NCBI GenBank assembly: GCA_001786575.1
Contig: MFRW01000004.1
Span: forward strand, 62,655 to 126,654
DNA length: 64,000 nt
Reading direction: 5' to 3'
Source of the DNA: Candidatus Moranbacteria bacterium RIFCSPHIGHO2_01_FULL_55_24
Lineage (GTDB): Bacteria > Patescibacteriota > Minisyncoccia > Moranbacterales > UBA1568
Within the stretch, counting starts at the first letter, position 1, and each line of letters begins with the position of its first letter. The position numbers and the translations under genes are program-made. This document shows positions 28,880 to 36,450 of the stretch, piece after piece. The notes beneath the pieces were generated by a model that did not search any database, had not been told where the DNA came from, and saw nothing but the letters and a program-made list of their open reading frames with translations.

Positions 28880-29278
28880 ATGAAAATAATCATAGGATTC
28901 ATCATAAGCGTCGCGCTGGTTATCGGCGGCTTTTGGTATCTCTCGTCTCGCACGTCCGCTCCGGCAGTACTGACTGAAGAGAATGTTCCGAACGTGAGCA
29001 TAGTAGATGGCAAGCAGATCATCCGGCTTACCGCCAAGGGTGGCTACTTTCCCCTCAAGAGCACGGCCAAGGCGGGCATCCCTACGGTTCTCCAGGTAAG
29101 CACGAACGGCACTTTCGACTGTTCCTCGTCGCTTCGGATTCCCGAAAAGAACATCACGAAGAATCTTCCGCCCACCGGCGTGACGGAAGTAGATCTCGGG
29201 GTTCCGGAAGCCGGACTCTTCCAAGGGACCTGCAGCATGGGGATGTATCCCTTCGAGATAGATTTTCAAGGTTCATAG
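28880..29278 (+). CDS. Membrane-anchored cupredoxin-domain protein
   Basis: N-terminal TM; GGYFP, TFDCS, GTCSMGM. Confidence 0.85.
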   Translation: MKIIIGFIISVALVIGGFWYLSSRTSAPAVLTEENVPNVSIVDGKQIIRLTAKGGYFPLKSTAKAGIPTVLQVSTNGTFDCSSSLRIPEKNITKNLPPTGVTEVDLGVPEAGLFQGTCSMGMYPFEIDFQGS

Positions 29279-29285
29279 TCCGCAT

Positions 29286-29819
29286 ATGTGGCGCTGGATC
29301 GTTTTCGGATTGATATTCCTTGGAGCACTCGAGCTTGTCGCTTGGCAGGCTTGGCAGTTTTCGCAAGCTCCACCCAGCGAGGAACGATCTTCGGAAGAAA
29401 CCGCCGCAGAGCTTCCTCGAGAGAGCACACTGGCTGATTCTTCCCGAGAGCCGGAGCCGGAAGAGCGCCAAGAACCCGAAGAGACCCCACAAGAAGCCTC
29501 GCCGATGAGTTATCCCATTATCACGCTGGAGGAAAAGAACGGCAGGACGGAACGTACCATACATATGGGAGTGCGGCAGTGGGCCTGGGAGCCATCGACC
29601 ATCCGCGCGAAGCAGGGGGAACTGGTGCGGCTCGTGATCCACAATGCCGATGTCAGGCACCCGCTTGTCATCCCCGACCTGGGGTTAGAGGCCGATGTCC
29701 CTCCCGAAGGGGCAGTCGTAGAGTTCGTAGCGAGCCGGAAAGGAACGTTCGATTTCCTCTGCGGCGCGTACTGCGGAGTAGGGCACGCGGAAATGCAGGG
29801 GCATCTGATCGTCGATTAG
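29286..29819 (+). CDS. CuA-type cupredoxin (COX2-like soluble domain) with membrane anchor
   Basis: RQWAW, DVRH, CGAYCGVGHAEM (H...C-x3-C-x3-H-x2-M). Confidence 0.85.
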   Translation: MWRWIVFGLIFLGALELVAWQAWQFSQAPPSEERSSEETAAELPRESTLADSSREPEPEERQEPEETPQEASPMSYPIITLEEKNGRTERTIHMGVRQWAWEPSTIRAKQGELVRLVIHNADVRHPLVIPDLGLEADVPPEGAVVEFVASRKGTFDFLCGAYCGVGHAEMQGHLIVD

Positions 29820-29834
29820 GGGAGGAAAGCATGA

Positions 29835-29860
29835 AAAAACACCCTCGCGAGGGTGTTTTT
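29835..29860. terminator. Bidirectional terminator
   Basis: Perfect palindrome AAAAACACCCTCGCGAGGGTGTTTTT. Confidence 0.8.
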
Positions 29861-29878
29861 AGTTTCTTCCCGGAAGAA

Positions 29879-30043
29879 CTACTTCTTCCCGAGGATCTTG
29901 AACATCTTGGTGCCGCACACGCCGCACGTACCCTTCTTGGCCAGGCGCCCGTTCTTCATCTCCACCTCTTCGGGTTCCTGCATCTCTCTCTTCTCCTTGC
30001 ACTTTACGCAGTATGCGATTTCTGCGACTTGCGGCTCATTCAT
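29879..30043 (-). CDS. DUF5679-like small zinc-ribbon protein (54 aa)
   Basis: MNEPQVAEIAYCVKCKEKREM...MKNGRLAKKGTCGVCGTKMFKILGKK; below the ORF-track cutoff. Confidence 0.85.
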   Translation of the reverse strand: MNEPQVAEIAYCVKCKEKREMQEPEEVEMKNGRLAKKGTCGVCGTKMFKILGKK

Positions 30044-30196
30044 ACTTTTGAGCTAATAATTACGCGCCCTTATTATACATCATAATAGGGGTTTTTGGTC
30101 TATCCAGGCATTTTCGCTTGCGAGAGGCCACATTGGCAAATTAAGAGGCTTTTTCCGGTCATGTATACTAGAGAGGTAATCCTTGTAAGGAAAAGT

Positions 30197-30634
30197 ATGG
30201 GAAATATGGAAAAGCCGGTCCTCCTCTATGTGCTTATCGGTCTCGCTTTAGGCTCGATCGCGACCAGTCTCGTGTTCCTCAATGCGCCACAGGCCCAGGA
30301 AAACGTGGGAGAGATAGAGCGCCAGGCCAAGCTCGAAGCCGAGCATGACATGGGAGCCATGACGATGGATGACATGACGGAAATTCTGAAGGGCAAGACG
30401 GGCGATGCCTATGACAAAGCTTTCATCGAGATGATGATTGCGCATCACGAAGGCGCGGTGGAGATGGCGGAACTTACTGCGAGCCGCTCTGTGCACGACG
30501 AGATCAAGCAGTTGAGCCAAGCGATCATCGCGGCCCAGACCAAGGAAATAGCCGAGATGAAAGCCTGGTACCAGGCTTGGGGCTACGGAGAGAACGGGGC
30601 TCCGATCGAGGATGGTATGATGATGGGCCACTAG
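30197..30634 (+). CDS. DUF305-family protein (single repeat)
   Basis: TM anchor; DKAFIEMMIAHHEGAVEMA, IIAAQTKEI. Confidence 0.88.
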   Translation: MGNMEKPVLLYVLIGLALGSIATSLVFLNAPQAQENVGEIERQAKLEAEHDMGAMTMDDMTEILKGKTGDAYDKAFIEMMIAHHEGAVEMAELTASRSVHDEIKQLSQAIIAAQTKEIAEMKAWYQAWGYGENGAPIEDGMMMGH

Positions 30635-30745
30635 GCAGAATTGGCGGGGGAGTCGCTAGAGGACTTGACAAAAGAGCCTTTTTCTGGGAGTATAGCAAGA
30701 CCTTAAAAGGTCTGTGTTGGTTCTTTGCAAATAGGGAGAAAGAGC

Positions 30746-31624
30746 ATGAAGTCCAGTTTCAAAGCGATCGGATTGTCGATTGCTGCACTTTTGGGGGCCT
30801 CTGCCCTGGCCGCACCGGCCTTTGCAGCGCCTACCATCGATGTGGCGCCTTGGCTGGCGCCGAACGTTTACGGCTCGCCGTCATGGGAGCAGTGGCGCGA
30901 CAATGCACTTGAAGCGGCATTCCAGGGTGATTTCGAGCATGGGACGCCGGGCACTCCGTTCTTCGCCCAAGCCAATGCGAACATCACCCCGGGAGATATT
31001 ACCGTTTCCGGATTCGCGTCCCGCAAAGGCAAGGCTGATCCGGGCACGGAGTTCGGAGCGGCCTATGCGAACGAACTCGGTACGCGCGGCCATTTCGGCT
31101 TGCGGATCGATGGGATGGGGGACCAATTCTCCATTTCGCAGCTCGGTTTCGGAGCGAATTCCGACGACCCCACCCAGACGCTTGCTTTCTACTATCTCCC
31201 GGGCTCCTACAATTACAATGATCGCTACAAGGGCGTTCTGAAAGGGAGTGACGGGATTCTCTGGACCGCGGACGATACCTTCATCACTGGAGGGGCGAAC
31301 AACCAGTTCGTCGACGGCCTCATCGGCGTTGGTTCCGGGAACGCGTATGCCGCCTATTGTGTGGGATGCACCATTCCGCAGCAGCAAGCGGCTCTCGACG
31401 ATGTCACCTCATGGGAAGATTTCCCGACCAAGTTCTGGGGTGAATATTATCTGTTCGACTCCGTGAACGACAAGGCCCTCGCCACCGGCCGTGCTGACTT
31501 CTTCATCAGCAGTCCGACGGCGGCGATTCCAGAGCCGGCCAGCTGGGCGATGATGCTTAGCGGCTTCATGGTTCTGGGCGCATCCGTGCGTCGGAACAAG
31601 AGACTTGCTTCAGTCGTTGCCTAG
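30746..31624 (+). CDS. Secreted protein with PEPxxWA-CTERM sorting domain
   Basis: Signal peptide ending AFA; C-terminus IPEPASWAMMLSGFMVLGASVRRNKR. Confidence 0.9.
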   Translation: MKSSFKAIGLSIAALLGASALAAPAFAAPTIDVAPWLAPNVYGSPSWEQWRDNALEAAFQGDFEHGTPGTPFFAQANANITPGDITVSGFASRKGKADPGTEFGAAYANELGTRGHFGLRIDGMGDQFSISQLGFGANSDDPTQTLAFYYLPGSYNYNDRYKGVLKGSDGILWTADDTFITGGANNQFVDGLIGVGSGNAYAAYCVGCTIPQQQAALDDVTSWEDFPTKFWGEYYLFDSVNDKALATGRADFFISSPTAAIPEPASWAMMLSGFMVLGASVRRNKRLASVVA

Positions 31625-31644
31625 GAATATCCGGGCAGACCATC

Positions 31645-31689
31645 AAACGCCATCCTCAATATTATTTTGAGGATGGCGTTTTCTTTTTT
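31645..31689 (+). terminator. Intrinsic terminator
   Basis: 15-bp stem AAACGCCATCCTCAA/TTGAGGATGGCGTTT followed by a T-rich run. Confidence 0.85.
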
Positions 31690-31728
31690 GTCCGAATTTC
31701 CCTCGTCCCAGTTCACAGACCGGGGAAA

Positions 31729-32373
31729 ATGAAGGATACTGGAAGCATGTTCGGATTCACCCAGTCGGAATCAAGCGCGCTCAAGCGTCTTTCTACTCCC
31801 CAGAAGATCCAGGATTTCCTGGACCAGCTCCCGCTGAACCATGAGAAGCAGGGCGACACGTACATGTCGCCGCGCCGGGTCTTGCGCGAAGAGAAGGCAC
31901 ACTGCTTCGAAGGCGCGCTTCTCGCCGCCGCCGCACTCTCCCTCCAGGGCCGGTCGGCGCTCATCATGGACCTCACGAGCGCGCGCGGGGATGATGACCA
32001 TGTCATTGCGCTTTTCAAGGAGAACGGCTACTGGGGAGCCATCAGCAAGACCAATCACGCCGTGCTCCGGTACCGCGACCCCATCTACCGCACGCTCCGA
32101 GAGCTCGCCCTTTCCTATTTTCATGAATACTTCCTGAATACGGACGGCAAGAAGACGCTCAAGAGCTATTCCCGTCCGCTCGACCTCTTGCGCTTCGGGG
32201 AGGCGTGGGCGACGGCCGAGGAAGACCTCTGGGATATCGCGCTCGCCCTAGACGACCTGCCGCACTACGCGCTGGTCCCGGAAGCGAACCGGAGGAAGCT
32301 CCGGCCTGCGAGCTGGATCGAGCGCGAGGCGGGGGAGATAGTAGAATGGAAAAAAGGGGATAAACGCACATAA
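31729..32373 (+). CDS. Conserved hypothetical protein, transglutaminase-like Cys-His pattern
   Basis: AHCFEGALLAA, DDDHVIALF, WGAISKTNH, ELALSYFHEY. Confidence 0.7.
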   Translation: MKDTGSMFGFTQSESSALKRLSTPQKIQDFLDQLPLNHEKQGDTYMSPRRVLREEKAHCFEGALLAAAALSLQGRSALIMDLTSARGDDDHVIALFKENGYWGAISKTNHAVLRYRDPIYRTLRELALSYFHEYFLNTDGKKTLKSYSRPLDLLRFGEAWATAEEDLWDIALALDDLPHYALVPEANRRKLRPASWIEREAGEIVEWKKGDKRT

Positions 32374-32383
32374 AGAAAACACT

Positions 32384-33085
32384 ATGCCATACGGACGCCA
32401 CGAAGAATTGGTCGCATCGTTGAATGACGGAGAAACATTTGCCGCATACTCGGCAGTCGGCGCGGTTTTCCAGGTCGGCTTTGTCCCGAAAGTGATCGGG
32501 AAGTCCCTGGTCTTCCTCGGGAACACGTTTTATGGCAAAGAGCCCTCCTATGGGAAGTTCAAAGCGGTCGAAGTGATCGCCCGCATCCCGTACCAATCCT
32601 GGGAACTGGTGAGCTATATGCTCCTCACCATGTTCTACTCGGACGAGAAGAAAGCTATCGAGCTCTCCAAGACAGCGCGCTTCGGAAGCGCCGCCCAGGA
32701 CAACGAGACCATGCACGTGGTGGTCTTCAGCCAGCTTGCCAAGAAATACGGCCAGAATAGTTTTTTCTTTCACACGCTCGTCCCGCTCGGCTTCTCGTTC
32801 TTCTACTTCACTTCGTCTTTTCTGCTCTACCTCTTCAGTCCCCGGCGCGCGTTCGAGCTCAACTATATGTTCGAAAGCCATGCCTTCCAGCAGTACAGCC
32901 GCTTCCTGGAGCTGTATGGAGACGAGCTCCGGCACAAGCCGGTCATGATCGACTTCCTGGATTTCTACGGACGCCATGCCAAGAGCGAGTATGAACTCTT
33001 CCAGTCGATCCGGAATGACGAGATCATCCACCGGAACCGCTCCATGGAGCGGGCGATCGAGTGCACGCGCAAAGCCTCTTCTTGA
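32384..33085 (+). CDS. Alternative-oxidase-family di-iron protein
   Basis: EVIARIPY, DNETMH, FESHAFQQY, IRNDEIIH match the spacing of AOX/PTOX iron ligands. Confidence 0.8.
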   Translation: MPYGRHEELVASLNDGETFAAYSAVGAVFQVGFVPKVIGKSLVFLGNTFYGKEPSYGKFKAVEVIARIPYQSWELVSYMLLTMFYSDEKKAIELSKTARFGSAAQDNETMHVVVFSQLAKKYGQNSFFFHTLVPLGFSFFYFTSSFLLYLFSPRRAFELNYMFESHAFQQYSRFLELYGDELRHKPVMIDFLDFYGRHAKSEYELFQSIRNDEIIHRNRSMERAIECTRKASS

Positions 33086-33182
33086 GCGGCTGACCCTTGA
33101 TTTTTCCAGGAATCCTGCTATACTCCTTTTTGCCGATTGCCCCTCTAGGCGGGGCAATTTTTTCTTCATCAAACTGCCTGCT

Positions 33183-33596
33183 ATGCCAGCAAAGCACAAG
33201 CCCTACCGCGTTCGCCGTTCGAGTGCAGGTCTCGGCCTCTTCGCCGAAATCCCGTTCAAGAAAGGCCAGACCATCATCGAATACATCGGCCGCCGCATCT
33301 CGACCAAGGAAAACGCCGACAACAAATACATCTTCAACGTGAACTCCAGGATCGACATCGACGGGAGCCCGCGCTGGAACACCGCGCGCTACGTGAACCA
33401 CAGCTGCCGCCCGAACTGCGAAGCCATCAACCGCCGGGGACGCATCTTCATCGTCGCCAAGAGAAACATTAAGCCAGGGGAAGAACTAACCTACCATTAT
33501 GGCAAAGACTACTTCAAGAGCGAGTACATCCAAAAGATGGGCTGCCGCTGCGCCAAGTGCCAAGAAGAGCGCCAAGCCGCACGCAAAAAAAATTAG
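33183..33596 (+). CDS. SET-domain lysine methyltransferase
   Basis: GLGLFA, IIEYIG, RYVNHSCRPN, GEELTYHYG, post-SET CRCAKC. Confidence 0.93.
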   Translation: MPAKHKPYRVRRSSAGLGLFAEIPFKKGQTIIEYIGRRISTKENADNKYIFNVNSRIDIDGSPRWNTARYVNHSCRPNCEAINRRGRIFIVAKRNIKPGEELTYHYGKDYFKSEYIQKMGCRCAKCQEERQAARKKN

Positions 33597-33669
33597 CCAG
33601 AATCCCAATTACAAGCGCCATTACTCTGGCAAGCCCGCGAAGACCAATAACGAGCGGGAGGATTTTCCG

Positions 33670-34365
33670 ATGCGTCTGAACCGCTTTCTGGCGCTCCGAG
33701 GCATCGCTACCCGTCGTGACGTCGACAAGATGATCGAGTCGGGCCGCGTCTACCTGAACGGCCAAGTGGCTAAACTGGGGGATCGCGTCGCTCATGCCGA
33801 TGAGAACATCGAGATTCATGAGGCGCGCTTCCGCGAGAACAAGGAACTGCGCTACGTGGCCTACTACAAGCCTCGCGGTATCATCACCCATACGCCGCAA
33901 GCGGGGGAACAGGACATCCAGGCCGTTTCCGGCTATCCGGATCTTTCCCCTCTGGGCCGCCTCGACAAGGACTCCGAAGGCCTTATCATCCTCACGAATG
34001 ACGGGCGCGTCACCGAGCGGCTGCTTCATCCGCGTTTCGAGCACGAGAAGGAGTATATCGTTTCCGTGAATGGAAAGGTGACGGGCCGAGTCCGCGACAC
34101 CCTCTTGCGCGGCGTCCTAAGCGAAGGCGAAAAGCTCTCTGCCAAGAAAGTCGATATCCTCGACCCTGCGACCCTCTCGATCATTCTGACGGAAGGCAAG
34201 AAGCATCAGGTGCGCCGCATGCTCGAAGCGGCCGATCTCCATGTCACGCGGCTGGTACGGGTGCGCATCATGAACATTCACCTGGGGAAGCTCCAGCCCG
34301 GCCAGGCCCGCGAGCTTCTGGGTCCTGCCCGCAAGTCTTTCTTGCGAGACCTGGGACTGAAGTAG
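33670..34365 (+). CDS. RsuA/RluB/RluF-family rRNA pseudouridine synthase
   Basis: S4 domain MRLNRFLA, KPRG, GRLDKDSEGL, EGKKHQVRRM. The start may lie upstream at 33499. Confidence 0.92.
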   Translation: MRLNRFLALRGIATRRDVDKMIESGRVYLNGQVAKLGDRVAHADENIEIHEARFRENKELRYVAYYKPRGIITHTPQAGEQDIQAVSGYPDLSPLGRLDKDSEGLIILTNDGRVTERLLHPRFEHEKEYIVSVNGKVTGRVRDTLLRGVLSEGEKLSAKKVDILDPATLSIILTEGKKHQVRRMLEAADLHVTRLVRVRIMNIHLGKLQPGQARELLGPARKSFLRDLGLK

Positions 34366-34467
34366 GCAAAGGGTTGATATAAAGCCAAAAACGTGCTATA
34401 CTGTATGTAGAAATGAAGAAAGCGGGTGCCTCTCTGGTGCCCGCTTTTTCTTTATCTAAAGCAAAAT

Positions 34468-35097
34468 ATGACATACAAAGAGCGCGTCCAAAACCTCAAG
34501 AAGCACCTCGATCGGATGATACTCGAACTTCCGGAGCCGAGCCATTTCGAGCTGTCGCAGAATGCTTTCTACACGACCTTCCTCTTCGTGAGCATGCTGG
34601 TGACCGGACTCCTTTTCGCTGCGAGCATGAGCGTGGAAGAGTTGTCCAAGCCGGAGCCGCAGGTGTCGGTAGAAGAGATGCGTCTCGAACACGACGTGCG
34701 CAAGATGGTCGCAGGCTATCCGATCGAACGCATGATGCCGTACATCGTGAAGCAGGACAAGACGACCGCGGCGTTCCTCGTGGGCATCGCGAAGAAAGAA
34801 AGCAACTGGGGCAAGCGCATCCCGACCCAGAACGGGCGAGACTGCTACAACTACTGGGGCTACCGCGGAGCCGGGAGCCGCGGCAAGGCGATGGGGCACG
34901 GCTGCTTCGGCAGCGAGCAGGAAGCCATCGAGACGGTATCCAAGCGCCTCGACACGCTCATAGGCGACTATCGCTTCGACACGCCGGAAGAGCTTGTCGT
35001 CTGGAAATGCGGCTGGACCTGCTCTGGCCACAGTGCGAAGAGCGTCGACAAGTGGATAGCCGACGTGGGCTACTATGCGAACCAGATCAAGAACTGA
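34468..35097 (+). CDS. Membrane protein with lysozyme/glucosaminidase-like C-terminal domain
   Basis: Single TM; GIAKKESNWG, YNYWGY, CF...EAIETV. Confidence 0.6.
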   Translation: MTYKERVQNLKKHLDRMILELPEPSHFELSQNAFYTTFLFVSMLVTGLLFAASMSVEELSKPEPQVSVEEMRLEHDVRKMVAGYPIERMMPYIVKQDKTTAAFLVGIAKKESNWGKRIPTQNGRDCYNYWGYRGAGSRGKAMGHGCFGSEQEAIETVSKRLDTLIGDYRFDTPEELVVWKCGWTCSGHSAKSVDKWIADVGYYANQIKN

Positions 35098-35218
35098 AAA
35101 TCCCTTTACAAAAGCCAAAAAACCTGCTATAATAGATTGGTAAAGGCTTGAAAAGGCCGAAACACATGGCAGAACGGGTGCACAACGCCCGTTCTGTTTT
35201 TCTTTCCAAGTGCCGATT

Positions 35219-36139
35219 ATGGCCAAAAATCAAGAACAACACACAAAACAAGAAGCTACCGTCTATCATGGAGCCATCCGTCCGGCGCTCCTTTTCGCGT
35301 TGTTTTCCTTTACCATCGTTTCGTTCGCGCATGCCGGGGACATGACCAGCTCCAAGGTGATTTCGCTTACCAACGTCTCGCGGGCCGATGCCGGCCTCCC
35401 GGCGCTTACGGAAAACGAGAAGCTTACCCGGGCAGCCAAAGCCAAGGCGGAAGACATGATCAAGAACGACTACTTCGCGCACACTTCGCCCAAGGGCGTC
35501 GCCCCGTGGCACTGGATCAAGCAGACGGGCTATGAATACAAATTCGCCGGCGAGAACCTGGCGATCAACTTCGACAGCGCCAAAGAGCAGCACCAGGCCT
35601 GGATGAAGAGCGCGACTCACAAAGCGAATATTCTGAACACGCACTACCAGGAAATCGGCATCGCAGTCGCCGAAGGGAAGATCGACGGCAAGAACGTGAT
35701 CGTGACCGTGCAGTTCTTCGGGACGCCGCTTATGCCGATCGTTGCCAAGAAACCGGCCACCGCGGAAACTCCGGCTGCTCTGCCGGCGAAGACTCCGGTA
35801 GCGGTGCAGGGAGTGGAGACCGAGATGTCCGCGCCGGCCGCGCCTCAAAAGGCGGAACCGGTGATGGTTTCGGATACGAATTTCTCTGCAGCACCCGCGA
35901 ATCAGTCAGCGAATGCTACCCAGGCGTCTCTGGGACGGCTGGATATGGCTTGGATCGGGTTTATCCTTCTCTTGGAACTCTTGCTCATCGTCGCTCCCGT
36001 AGCCTTCCTCTGGAAGACAGGGGAGCAGCTGGCCCGCATTGCGAGCGCGGCAAGCCGCATCCAGGCCCCAATCAAGCACTTTTTCCCGGGAGAAGGGCTC
36101 CATTCGCATACGCTCCACGCCAAAGGCGGGCATATATAA
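35219..36139 (+). CDS. CAP/SCP-domain surface protein with C-terminal TM
   Basis: LTNVSR, KAEDM..NDYFAH, AGENLA, WMKSATHKANIL, EIGIAV. Confidence 0.92.
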   Translation: MAKNQEQHTKQEATVYHGAIRPALLFALFSFTIVSFAHAGDMTSSKVISLTNVSRADAGLPALTENEKLTRAAKAKAEDMIKNDYFAHTSPKGVAPWHWIKQTGYEYKFAGENLAINFDSAKEQHQAWMKSATHKANILNTHYQEIGIAVAEGKIDGKNVIVTVQFFGTPLMPIVAKKPATAETPAALPAKTPVAVQGVETEMSAPAAPQKAEPVMVSDTNFSAAPANQSANATQASLGRLDMAWIGFILLLELLLIVAPVAFLWKTGEQLARIASAASRIQAPIKHFFPGEGLHSHTLHAKGGHI

Positions 36140-36450
36140 CCAAAAAATGCTTATCTAAGGCTTTAAGAGGGGGAAACGAGGCATTGGCCTCGTTTTTTTG
36201 TACCTGGAGAGCTCTTGACAAAACGAAAAAAGTTCCTTGACAGGAGAAAGGCCCAGGAATAGGCTTAAGGTATTCGGGTGAGAAAGTCTCTTTATATTAC
36301 CGTGAAAAAATAAAAAGCTTTACAAAAGCATCTCTAAAAGTCATTTCTTCCGTTTTCTGCTTCTCTCTATACGTCACGTCTGTATGATTGTTCTGAAGCG
36401 AATCAATGTGTCCATTAGCTAATTGACTTTTATTTTTTGAGATCTTGCGT

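Noticed and set aside
34413-35132. Alternative-frame 239-aa ORF
   Set aside because: Arg-rich with no motifs; the overlapping frame 34468-35097 has a TM and conserved-looking enzyme motifs.
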